Positions 27,985 through 36,995 of a DNA stretch of 64,000 bases are shown here, one piece after another. The translations under genes were made by a program, and so were the position numbers. The stretch is from a phage. The stretch lies in the sequence record OM867527.1. One strand, written 5' to 3'. The notes under the pieces are model-generated. The model was not told where the DNA came from and searched no databases. It saw only the letters and a list, made by a program, of their open reading frames with translations. Position 1 is the first letter of the stretch. The number at the start of each line of letters is the position of its first letter.

Positions 27985-30138
27985 TTACTTGCCAGCGAAG
28001 CGTTTAGCCACGGTGACCATTACGGTTGCATTCAATTCATCATCTGGCAATGGATTAGCCAGTTTCTTATTGAATGAGTGGACGGCTTGCTGTACTTGGG
28101 CAAAATCCCAACCACTGTCAACCAATGCCAGTGCGTACTTAATCATTTGATTATTACGATTACCGGTAGCAATACGACTAGCGAACCAACGCTCCAGATT
28201 ATCCAACGACTGTACTTTCTTCATCTGGTTCTGGAACTGCTCGTTCTTACTAGTACGAGGAATAAAGTCACGCACGTCCAACAGATTTGCTTCAAGATTG
28301 TAATGATAGGAACCAGTCTCGCAGGACATCCACTTCTTGGCTCGCTGGTTAGCAGACTCATCCGTTTCGAATGGTAACCAAGACATGACGTTATTCATGA
28401 ACTCTTTGTATTCCTCAGTATCGAGGTGTAACTCATAGTTCATTGGAATAATCAGTCGGAATCGGTTCTCTTCATCAGAATGACGTTTAGTGGTATAGGT
28501 CATGAACTTATATTCCTTCATCAGTTCATGGCACGTATGCAGTGGTACTCCACCATCACAGTCAATAACAATCATGTTAAATCCTGGAATAACGTTCTCT
28601 TCAGAACGATGCCCATTCTTCATGTGATGGTTTACCCAGTGCATACCGGAAGCTTGGGTTAATACATGCAACTGGTCGAACGGTACACGTTCACCAATGT
28701 AGTCATAAGCAAAGCTATCACTATATGCCACTATCATCTCATTGATGTCAGTTTCCTTCAGAGTTTCCCCACGGAAGAACTCAATACCTTCGTTGAAGGT
28801 TTTCTTAATGATGATGTGCTGTTTGTAACCCCATGCTGTAGCAAGAGTCATCATCTCATTACGAGCTGCATTGCCACTCTTATAGAATGGCAATGACTCT
28901 AGTAAATCAGCATGAGTCACTTCTTTACCTACAGAGGCAATGTACTTAGCCAGCTTCACATAGGCTTTCTCACGATTGAGAATACCCTGGAATGCTGCCC
29001 CAGATTCCTCTACAAGCAGAATTGCTTGTTTAAGATGAGACATTTCAATGAATGAACTCTGGTCAACAAACGCCAGTGCTCCAGCCAGTTTAAGTGCTTT
29101 AAAGTAACGGTGGGAGATTTCGGCCTTACGAATTTCTTCGTGGTCAGCCATAGCTTCTGCTTGTTTCTCACAATCAATTTTGTAAGTAATCAGAGCAATA
29201 CCCACAGCATCTTCCACAACCATCTTAAAGCCGAACAGGTTTGGGTCAGCCAAACTATGGAAGTGATTAGCCCACTTACCTAGAGACTGTACGTTATCCT
29301 GCTTAATCAGGTTACGGTAGATTTCTTCTGGAGACATTGTTGCATGTGCTCGCTTGTCTAAATGCCCAATGGCAAACAGACAGCGACGTGCATACCCTGT
29401 ATCCAGAAAGTCATAGAACTGGTCTTCAGTCTGACCACCATCTAGCAGCTTACTTGGCGTACCAAACAGCAACAGGTTAGCTGGAGTCTTACCATCCAGT
29501 TCTTCACCACGAACGCTTTCAGCAGTGTTCTTGGTTAACTTCTGTTTAACTTTACCCTGGTCATATAGTTCCAGGAACAGGGTTAACACATCCGTGTTAG
29601 CTAACAAGTTTGAACCAATTTCATCAATCTGAAGGTTGATTGAACCACACCCAGCCATTAACAGCTTATGACGTAGTTGTTTAACTGCCGGGGGAGTACC
29701 AGAGTCAAATGTAAATGGGTATGCCCCAGCACGTTTATACTCTGCTTCAACTTTATCAAACTCATCATTCTGGTCTGTACCTTGTCGAGCAGCACGTTCG
29801 TTAGCAATCTTCCATAAACGGTCATTTGCAATGACAGGCATGGTGTCTTCCATAAAACGTTTACGGAAGCCAGTCATGAACCCGTCTTCAATAATATTTA
29901 CCGAGTGACCTTTACCGAAGCCAGACGTTGCTAATGCCATAGCGTAAATGTTGACTGGTAAGTCACCACGGTCTTTAGTGACAATGGTTGCACCCATGCA
30001 GGATGCCATTTTAGCCAGGAAGTAGGCTACTTCGACACGGAAGAATCCTCTGTCGTTGTTTTGTGTCTTGTTACACAACACATCTACAATTTCTTCAATT
30101 GCAGGGTGGTGAGTGACTCCGGTCAGGTCAATACTCAT
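27985..30138 (-). CDS. DNA primase, archaeo-eukaryotic primase (AEP)-like domain (N4 gp43-like)
   Basis: AEP motif I-like MIVIDCDGG (hhhDxD) and downstream PLHTCH. Start placed at the ATG (30138) that overlaps the upstream nuclease stop as ATGA; the longest ORF would start at 30195. Confidence 0.45.
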   Translation of the reverse strand: MSIDLTGVTHHPAIEEIVDVLCNKTQNNDRGFFRVEVAYFLAKMASCMGATIVTKDRGDLPVNIYAMALATSGFGKGHSVNIIEDGFMTGFRKRFMEDTMPVIANDRLWKIANERAARQGTDQNDEFDKVEAEYKRAGAYPFTFDSGTPPAVKQLRHKLLMAGCGSINLQIDEIGSNLLANTDVLTLFLELYDQGKVKQKLTKNTAESVRGEELDGKTPANLLLFGTPSKLLDGGQTEDQFYDFLDTGYARRCLFAIGHLDKRAHATMSPEEIYRNLIKQDNVQSLGKWANHFHSLADPNLFGFKMVVEDAVGIALITYKIDCEKQAEAMADHEEIRKAEISHRYFKALKLAGALAFVDQSSFIEMSHLKQAILLVEESGAAFQGILNREKAYVKLAKYIASVGKEVTHADLLESLPFYKSGNAARNEMMTLATAWGYKQHIIIKKTFNEGIEFFRGETLKETDINEMIVAYSDSFAYDYIGERVPFDQLHVLTQASGMHWVNHHMKNGHRSEENVIPGFNMIVIDCDGGVPLHTCHELMKEYKFMTYTTKRHSDEENRFRLIIPMNYELHLDTEEYKEFMNNVMSWLPFETDESANQRAKKWMSCETGSYHYNLEANLLDVRDFIPRTSKNEQFQNQMKKVQSLDNLERWFASRIATGNRNNQMIKYALALVDSGWDFAQVQQAVHSFNKKLANPLPDDELNATVMVTVAKRFAGK

Positions 30139-31115
30139 GATGGAAAATATCTCTCTCTTTGTTTGCAAATGGACGCGACAGGGCAGTATAGACAACGCTT
30201 AACCTGCCCCTCCACGACCTTGATAGCACCCTTGCCACCTTTTTCAGCCATGAAGATACGAGCAGATGCCATATCGTCAAAGTTTTTGGTACTTCTGGCT
30301 CCAGGTACATCTACCTTAGAAGCATCAGAGAAGTACTTGAACTGTGGCTCTGTTCGCCACAACTCCTCGTCAGTACATTCAGGAATTTCCTCTTCGGGTG
30401 CATTCCAGTACTTTTCAATGAGGTGAATCTTCTCTTCTACCCAACGTTCAGTCTTCTCAACAGATAGCAACGGAATATCCTTATGCATAATACGATTAGC
30501 AGGATAGTTTGGATTGCTATTAGCCATGTGCTTCATGAAGTCAGTAAAGATGTAGTTAATACGAATTACATCCTCGGTAATGATGTCGTTGTGAATCCAA
30601 CGGTACAAGCTGCCCTGCATCTTATGTTCATCATCACGGGAACCAGAAACCCAGGAATAGGTTGAGGTAGACTTAAAGTCCTGCAACAGACCTTCTGTTA
30701 CAATGTCGAACTTACCACCGATAGTCCAACCCTTAACTACCCTGGTTCCACGCTGTTCAATGTAGATTGGGATAAGGTCAGGGTTAGCATCAAAGTCTGC
30801 TTTGGTTGGGTTAATGACTACTGCATCAATTACTCGCTGAGGATAACCTAGCTTCTTCAATGCAGTCTTATGACCCAGCTTCCAGGCTTTCTCGATAGAG
30901 TCATGTAAACCAGTACCCATTGATGTGGAGACGAAATCCATAACATCAATTGACTGGTCACTAAGATCTACACGGTGCTTCATGACGATTTGCTTAATGG
31001 GCTTAAGCAATGTAGTAACAGACAGATACTTAGGGTTATCTACATAGTCATACTCGTCATGCAATAGCCATACAGCCAGAGCCAGTGAGACATCATGATT
31101 GTTGGTTATCTTCAT
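30135..31115 (-). CDS. PD-(D/E)xK-family nuclease with C-terminal Cys cluster (RecB/Cas4-like)
   Basis: GGKFDIVTEG...QDFK is compatible with a D...E.K nuclease core; C-terminal cysteines (CTDEE...CLYCPVASIC) suggest an Fe-S or Zn site. Confidence 0.4.
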   Translation of the reverse strand: MKITNNHDVSLALAVWLLHDEYDYVDNPKYLSVTTLLKPIKQIVMKHRVDLSDQSIDVMDFVSTSMGTGLHDSIEKAWKLGHKTALKKLGYPQRVIDAVVINPTKADFDANPDLIPIYIEQRGTRVVKGWTIGGKFDIVTEGLLQDFKSTSTYSWVSGSRDDEHKMQGSLYRWIHNDIITEDVIRINYIFTDFMKHMANSNPNYPANRIMHKDIPLLSVEKTERWVEEKIHLIEKYWNAPEEEIPECTDEELWRTEPQFKYFSDASKVDVPGARSTKNFDDMASARIFMAEKGGKGAIKVVEGQVKRCLYCPVASICKQRERYFPS

Positions 31116-31377
31116 TATAAGCCTTTTTCAATATGCGATTGGCATAGTGCACAATCTTCTCTGAGTCGTACACCGAAGAGTTTCCAGGTTTACCATTACC
31201 CATACGGGCAGCAGCATTTCGCCATAGAGCTTTAAAGGCACAACCTTCATCGAAGGTCATGCCCAGTGCTTGGATAATATCCTCACACTCTGCTTGGTAT
31301 GGCTCTTGCTCTTTCCGTTGAGGGTGCTTAACTGGCACTACATACCAGTTATTCAATCCACCGGAGAGCTTAGCCAT
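31093..31377 (-). CDS. hypothetical protein (94 aa)
   Basis: Small ORF in the replication module, same strand. Confidence 0.4.
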   Translation of the reverse strand: MAKLSGGLNNWYVVPVKHPQRKEQEPYQAECEDIIQALGMTFDEGCAFKALWRNAAARMGNGKPGNSSVYDSEKIVHYANRILKKAYNEDNQQS

Positions 31378-31682
31378 TATTTCTCCTTTGGAATCATGTT
31401 TGCCTGGAACTCTGGTTCAGACATCAGACCCAGGTTGCTAAGAGACAGATAAACAATGTCTTTTAGGTCAACAGAAGTGTCGAAACGCTGATCCAGACTA
31501 ATCTTCAGTGAGTGATTGGCACGGGCCAAATCTTTATAGGTCACATAAGGTTCATCAGTGAGCAACATTGTGTTCATGGTAAGCAGGGAACCATCATCCA
31601 CTTTAGGAAGTTGGAAAACTACTTGTGCTGCTACCATCCAATGATATTTTTTGACAACAGTTTCTTTAGTACTTTTGGTCAT
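31377..31682 (-). CDS. hypothetical protein (101 aa)
   Basis: Small ORF immediately downstream of DNA polymerase with 4-nt overlap. Confidence 0.4.
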   Translation of the reverse strand: MTKSTKETVVKKYHWMVAAQVVFQLPKVDDGSLLTMNTMLLTDEPYVTYKDLARANHSLKISLDQRFDTSVDLKDIVYLSLSNLGLMSEPEFQANMIPKEK

Positions 31683-34258
31683 GCGAATGCCTTTTGAATT
31701 ATTTGATGAACTTCTTCTGGGGTAGCGTGATTTGGAATTTCAATCTCGTTAGCCCACGTTGGGTAGAATAAGGATAGTTCCCCACCCAAACCAACCTCTG
31801 GATGAGCAATATCAGGATGGTCTTGCCAGTTAACGGCTTCAACCAGATGCTTGTTCGTGAACTGCAAGGTATCCATGTTGTCACGAATCATGAAGTACTG
31901 AGCATCGTGAATGTGAATACTAGGACGAATATCTAACCTGAACGCACTGGCTCTGACTTTACGCATAAACTCTGAACCTGCACGGTTATTCAATAGACAC
32001 CAGCTTTGCCCTAAAGCATTACCAGCAGTTCTGCCTTCTGCTTCTGCTTCATACGGAGTCTTACATGTCCCACGCAATACCTGAGCCAGTAAAGGAGTAC
32101 GCACTCTCAAACCGAATGCGGCAGTAACATAACCAGTTTTGGCAGCCTCGTCTAGCTTAGCCTGAACCCACCTGTCGCTAACTACATAGAGGTCGTGATA
32201 ACGTTTCTCTGTAGTTTTAGCCTTCTCTTCAGAGAAGCCACAGTTTTTCATTAAGCCCATATACGTACCACCATAGGTAAGCAGGAAGGTTGGAGCCTTC
32301 GAGTCACTACGTAATGATTTGTACTTATGCTGAATGGAGTTAATGGATTCTACCGTGTCTACTATGTCTGGCATCTGCTCACCAAAGTAAGCATATGCAC
32401 GGAGACTGTGACCATCATAGCCATCGGTATATACCTTAAGCTTCTGTGGGTCTTTAGTAGTTAGTGCAGAGATTCTGTCTTCCAGCGAGGCGAAGTCCAA
32501 GCCGCAAAATATCCAGCCTGGAGGAGCTTCGAAGCATTTCTTAATCTTCTTGGCATATTTAGAGCCGGATGGAATTGTTTGTAGATTTGGCTCTGAAGCC
32601 GATAGCCTACCGGAGACTGTGCCTCCCAGATTGAGATTGCCGAACAGGTAGTGCCAGCCATCCGGTCCCGGTTGGGCATTCCTGAAAGCTGGTATAAAGC
32701 TAGTGATAATCTTATCCACGAGCTTATAGTCGATAAGTGCATTGAGTAGTTCCTTAACATCTTCACTCTGCGTATGCGTACGCAGTGCTTTAATGGTGTC
32801 ACCGTCAGTAGCAGGTTGCTTGCTCTTAGTAAGACCAAGAACTGGTAAGCCGATATAATCAAATAGCAGCTTCTGTAATTGTGGACCGGAGTTAGGATTA
32901 AACTCGATGTCACAATCAGCAAGTGTTACTTGTTTCTTTTTCAGCTTAGCATTCTTATCGTCTACCCATTCCTGACGAAGCATCAGGGTGAAGTTCTTCA
33001 TGAGCTGAGACTCACGAATAGTTTTCAGAGCCTGGTTCCTGTCAGTTTCCATCTCCTTAGCTACTTGGTTAACGGTATCCATATTCATGGGCATACCGGT
33101 TAACTGCATCTGGATGATGTCTTCACAAGCTGGCTTAAAGATGTTGTTGTAAACATCCAGTTGGTCATCAGCAATGAGGGTATCCCAGTGCTTCTCATAG
33201 GTGTACCAGGTACACAAACCATCAATGAGGTTGTAGCGTAACAGTTGCTCATTAGGAATAAGACGAATGTCTTTAATGTCATCCTGGGCATAGTTACCAG
33301 CATACTCCTGAGCCTGGTCTTTCAGACTAAGGTGATTACCAGCACAACTGTTAGTAGCTAAGTAGGTGATTAACTTAGTGCAATCCCAATTACGCAGCAT
33401 GATTTCCATGCCATGCAGTAAGCCTCCTGTATCAATCAGGTTATCCATGAATAACTGATAGATGAGTACATACACGTCATAGCTAATGTTGTGATACATC
33501 TGCCGTTGGGTGTACTTAATGAAGAACTCACGTAGAAGATTTCGAACAATATCATTTCTGTTGATACGTCCATAAGGTGCTTCAGTAGCTCCAGGAATTG
33601 GCTCGTAGTCAACATTAAAGGCTATGCCTTGTGTCTTACTCCAACAGAATGTAATTGTTCCTATACCGGCGTTATAGTGTTTTAAACCGAATGCTTCAAT
33701 GTCTATAGCCAGAGGCTTATTCATTTCAAGCAACTGGTCTAGCCAGGCTTTAATCTTCTCTGGAGTATCTGGGTAGGCTTCAAACTCAATGATTCCCTGA
33801 CCTGGTTCAGCATACTGCCCACGTATGTGGTTAAGTAATGCATCCATACCCTGAGCAATCTTAGATTTCACTACAGGAGGATCATAAAAGACCTGCCTGT
33901 AGCTAGGTGCATAGATAACCTTCTGCTTACCCCATATTGATTCACAAACATAGCCGAGGTTAGCCTCTGCTTTAGCTTCTTTAGTCAGTATTTTGAAGTA
34001 ATCAGAATCGGTACAGATAATGTACTGAGTCTCTGCATCATCCAGTACTTGTTGCAATTCCTGCTGTATGAACTCTTTAATCTCCCTTGCAGGAGTCTTC
34101 TTCTTGCCGGGGGCAGAATGAAGTTCAATGAAGATGAAATCTTCCATGCTTAGGTCATTAGGCAGCAGGTAGGTTTTAATCATCTCCTCCCTTCGGATTT
34201 GATGACCGAGGATAGCAATAGGATACTTACCCGTATCTTGAGAGGTGATGTAACGCAT
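31679..34258 (-). CDS. DNA polymerase, family A (N4 gp39-like)
   Basis: 3'-5' exonuclease motif LAIDIEAFG (DxE) and Pol I-family signature TVSGRLSASEPNLQTIP, read directly. Confidence 0.85.
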   Translation of the reverse strand: MRYITSQDTGKYPIAILGHQIRREEMIKTYLLPNDLSMEDFIFIELHSAPGKKKTPAREIKEFIQQELQQVLDDAETQYIICTDSDYFKILTKEAKAEANLGYVCESIWGKQKVIYAPSYRQVFYDPPVVKSKIAQGMDALLNHIRGQYAEPGQGIIEFEAYPDTPEKIKAWLDQLLEMNKPLAIDIEAFGLKHYNAGIGTITFCWSKTQGIAFNVDYEPIPGATEAPYGRINRNDIVRNLLREFFIKYTQRQMYHNISYDVYVLIYQLFMDNLIDTGGLLHGMEIMLRNWDCTKLITYLATNSCAGNHLSLKDQAQEYAGNYAQDDIKDIRLIPNEQLLRYNLIDGLCTWYTYEKHWDTLIADDQLDVYNNIFKPACEDIIQMQLTGMPMNMDTVNQVAKEMETDRNQALKTIRESQLMKNFTLMLRQEWVDDKNAKLKKKQVTLADCDIEFNPNSGPQLQKLLFDYIGLPVLGLTKSKQPATDGDTIKALRTHTQSEDVKELLNALIDYKLVDKIITSFIPAFRNAQPGPDGWHYLFGNLNLGGTVSGRLSASEPNLQTIPSGSKYAKKIKKCFEAPPGWIFCGLDFASLEDRISALTTKDPQKLKVYTDGYDGHSLRAYAYFGEQMPDIVDTVESINSIQHKYKSLRSDSKAPTFLLTYGGTYMGLMKNCGFSEEKAKTTEKRYHDLYVVSDRWVQAKLDEAAKTGYVTAAFGLRVRTPLLAQVLRGTCKTPYEAEAEGRTAGNALGQSWCLLNNRAGSEFMRKVRASAFRLDIRPSIHIHDAQYFMIRDNMDTLQFTNKHLVEAVNWQDHPDIAHPEVGLGGELSLFYPTWANEIEIPNHATPEEVHQIIQKAFA

Positions 34259-34267
34259 AGCTTTACC

Positions 34268-34798
34268 TTAGAAAATTAGATGGGAAGCTGCATAGTACTC
34301 AATAGAGGGAAGAATCTTCTCATACTGCTTAATTGCCATAGCATCACCAGCAAGAGTCCAGGCTGCTTCACGAGTACGTGGCAGTTCCTTGTACTTACCA
34401 GTCTGATCCTGGGCTACCAGGCATTCAGGTAAAGCATCCCGTACATCCTGATAGGACATACAACCGCGAACCAGACGATATACAGTCTGGTTCACAAGGT
34501 GTACTTCCATAATCAGACGACTGGAGGCTTTCAGATACTTGTCCATTGCAGGCCATAGTTCTGGATTAAGGGTTAATCGTTCACCGTAGGTTGGCGGTCT
34601 GGCAGCGTTAGAACGCTGATAGAACTCCCCTTGATAAAGGAATCCAGCCGATACATCAATGCCATTAATACGGTCGTTCTTATCAATGATACCGTTTAAC
34701 ACACTATCAAGACGAACCAGTTCCGCTAAGAACAGGTGTTTGACTATCTCACTGCTATTGGCAACTTGCCCAATAGTCGTTGAACCAATCTGAGGCAT
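34268..34798 (-). CDS. hypothetical protein (176 aa)
   Basis: ORF between the helicase and DNA polymerase genes. Confidence 0.45.
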   Translation of the reverse strand: MPQIGSTTIGQVANSSEIVKHLFLAELVRLDSVLNGIIDKNDRINGIDVSAGFLYQGEFYQRSNAARPPTYGERLTLNPELWPAMDKYLKASSRLIMEVHLVNQTVYRLVRGCMSYQDVRDALPECLVAQDQTGKYKELPRTREAAWTLAGDAMAIKQYEKILPSIEYYAASHLIF

Positions 34799-34808
34799 AT
34801 ATCCTCCC

Positions 34809-36119
34809 TTAGAAAGTTAGACCACCATACTTACTGGCAAGATTGCCATAGAACACTACACGCTTACGGGCACGGGACACAGCGACGTAAAGCAGACGAG
34901 CAACCATATCAGGTTGGCGACAGCTTGAGAGGTCATCTGCATCAATGAAGATTGTGTCGTAAGTAGAGCCTTGTGATTTATGGACAGTACATGCATGAGT
35001 AGCACGTAGGTCTGGAATGGTTTCTTTAAGACGGAAGTAAGGTTCCCAGTTCTTCTCCTTACCCAGCCACTTAACCAAGCGGTTGAAGTATTCCGGGTCA
35101 GTAGGTACTGGAACTTCACTTACAATACCACCATAACCAAGGTCCAGAGTACTATCACGAACTTCCAGTTCCAGGTCACCTGTAACTGGAATCATGCGAG
35201 TACTACTATCCTGGTCAATGAGTTTTACGTCCTGCTCGATAGACAGACGATTATCCACACCCAAGCGAACAGCAGAGTTAGATACTAGTTGTTCACCGAT
35301 GGAGTATTCACCTACGTAGCCATTAGCTTCACGAATGTAGTTATTGTAATTAATAACCTGGTCGTTTGTGTAAGCAACAATACGGCTGTTGGTAGGTTGT
35401 GTGAAGTGACTGAGAACCAGTTTCTCCATCTCTTCTCCCTGTACCCAGTCAATAATGCCTGGAATACACTTAATTGGCAGGAAGCCTGTTTTACCTTCTA
35501 CCGTATCACGCAATTGCTGGTGCAATGCTTTGAGTTCCGGTGCATCGGTACGCATCTGTTCAGTCAGATAGTGTGTTGGGATATTACCTGCATATACCGG
35601 AGATTTATTCTCTTTAACAGGCAGAAGTTGAGAAGCATCGCCTACGAATACCAGCTTACACTGGTGAGTACCTTCACGAGCATATTTAAGTAACTGACGA
35701 TCAATCATAGATGCTTCGTCTACGAAGATGATTTTGTTCTTCTTAATATTGAATGATTTAGATGGTACGACATTAGCCTCACCAGTCTTAAAGTCATTCT
35801 TAACAATCAGTCCCTGGAAGGAATGATAGGTAGACGTTGGTCGCCCAGTAGCCTGAGCCAGAACTTCAGCAGCTTTGTTCGTGGTCGCAGTCATAACGAC
35901 TTCGTTATACAGGGGCTTGGTTCCCATAAGGGAGCAAGTTTCCATATATGCAGGCATAGTGTCATCAATGAGGTGCGACATCAGGAATGTCTTGCCAGTT
36001 CCCCCTGGGCCACTAATATTGAATTCGGTAGCATTAGGGTTGAGCAGGAAGTCGAAGAACTCCTTCGCAACCGCTTCTTGCCCCTTGTTCAACGGGGCTT
36101 TGGTAGGTTTGGAAAACAT
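34809..36119 (-). CDS. SF1 DNA helicase (Dda/RecD-like)
   Basis: Walker A GPGGTGKTF near the N-terminus and SF1 motif VI-like TVHKSQGSTYD near the C-terminus. Confidence 0.75.
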   Translation of the reverse strand: MFSKPTKAPLNKGQEAVAKEFFDFLLNPNATEFNISGPGGTGKTFLMSHLIDDTMPAYMETCSLMGTKPLYNEVVMTATTNKAAEVLAQATGRPTSTYHSFQGLIVKNDFKTGEANVVPSKSFNIKKNKIIFVDEASMIDRQLLKYAREGTHQCKLVFVGDASQLLPVKENKSPVYAGNIPTHYLTEQMRTDAPELKALHQQLRDTVEGKTGFLPIKCIPGIIDWVQGEEMEKLVLSHFTQPTNSRIVAYTNDQVINYNNYIREANGYVGEYSIGEQLVSNSAVRLGVDNRLSIEQDVKLIDQDSSTRMIPVTGDLELEVRDSTLDLGYGGIVSEVPVPTDPEYFNRLVKWLGKEKNWEPYFRLKETIPDLRATHACTVHKSQGSTYDTIFIDADDLSSCRQPDMVARLLYVAVSRARKRVVFYGNLASKYGGLTF

Positions 36120-36130
36120 TAAAATCTCCA

Positions 36131-36154
36131 GTAAAAAACCCTCCGTAGAGGGTT
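36131..36154 (-). terminator. rho-independent terminator (minus strand)
   Basis: Minus reading: AACCCTC-TACG-GAGGGTT followed by a T6 run. Confidence 0.5.
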
Positions 36155-36620
36155 AGATGTAAGGGGTTAAATCCGGGGGAGTGTAGTCTTTCCCTTTCAT
36201 AACTTTCTTATTCTCATTGAAGACAGGTTCCCCATCTTCAAACTTAGAATAGTTTGAGCGATTAACTTCAGCCAATGCTCCAGGGACATTCATCCCAAGG
36301 AAAGTACCGACGCCAGTTGCTGTAACAATCTGGTCTGCCAGTGAGTCCAGCAGTTCTTTGCGGTCTTCCTCTTTAATGAAGAAGCTATCTTCCTCTTGCT
36401 TAAGCAAGTTGGATATAAAGCGTAAATGTTTACGTGCATCATCTAGCTTATTTTTATACCCAGGATATTTAGTTTGTAGTACATCCAGCATCTCTACAAC
36501 TTCTTCCAGATGGCAACCCATCTGGGTACTAATGTTCTTACTTGTCGGATTTGGTACTGCTTTCCGGAACCAGGCTTCCGTATTTGCCAGCGTACAAACG
36601 GATGAACTTGTCATGCTCAC
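36153..36620 (-). CDS. MazG-like nucleotide pyrophosphohydrolase (putative)
   Basis: HLEEVVEMLD and EEDRKELLDSLADQIV resemble the paired EExxE / ExxD helices of MazG-type NTP-PPases. The ORF start is GTG at 36620; an ATG lies at 36614. Overlaps the upstream HTH gene by ~80 nt. Confidence 0.35.
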   Translation of the reverse strand: MSMTSSSVCTLANTEAWFRKAVPNPTSKNISTQMGCHLEEVVEMLDVLQTKYPGYKNKLDDARKHLRFISNLLKQEEDSFFIKEEDRKELLDSLADQIVTATGVGTFLGMNVPGALAEVNRSNYSKFEDGEPVFNENKKVMKGKDYTPPDLTPYI

Positions 36621-36933
36621 TCTCTTGGTTAAGGTGGCGATTGTTATATGCCTCCAGAATCAAGTCTCTTACATATGAGCGAATCTCATAAGCAGGACCA
36701 ACTTGTTCTGACAGCCAATCAGCCACATGGGTTGGTAAAGGTCGTAATACGTTTTCCATGAACGTCCGACGTGTATCGGCTGGTTCAATGTTTAGAGAAC
36801 GCAATCGCAAAGTAACCGTAGTGGGGTGAACCCCCAACGTCTTAGCGATAGTTGCGAGGGACAGACCAACAGCATTCATACGAATGATGTCTTCATCGGT
36901 TGCTTTGCGATTACTTCTGAATACTTTACTCAT
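36538..36933 (-). CDS. helix-turn-helix DNA-binding protein (putative regulator)
   Basis: HTH-like segment LSLATIAKTLGVHPTTV; start placed at the ATG with a GAGGAGG RBS ~9 nt upstream (the longest ORF starts at 36963). Confidence 0.4.
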   Translation of the reverse strand: MSKVFRSNRKATDEDIIRMNAVGLSLATIAKTLGVHPTTVTLRLRSLNIEPADTRRTFMENVLRPLPTHVADWLSEQVGPAYEIRSYVRDLILEAYNNRHLNQESEHDKFIRLYAGKYGSLVPESSTKSDK

Positions 36934-36995
36934 AGTACATTTCCTCCTCAAAATTACCCTCACTTTATTACAAGTGAGGGCTTTTGAACAGGCTA

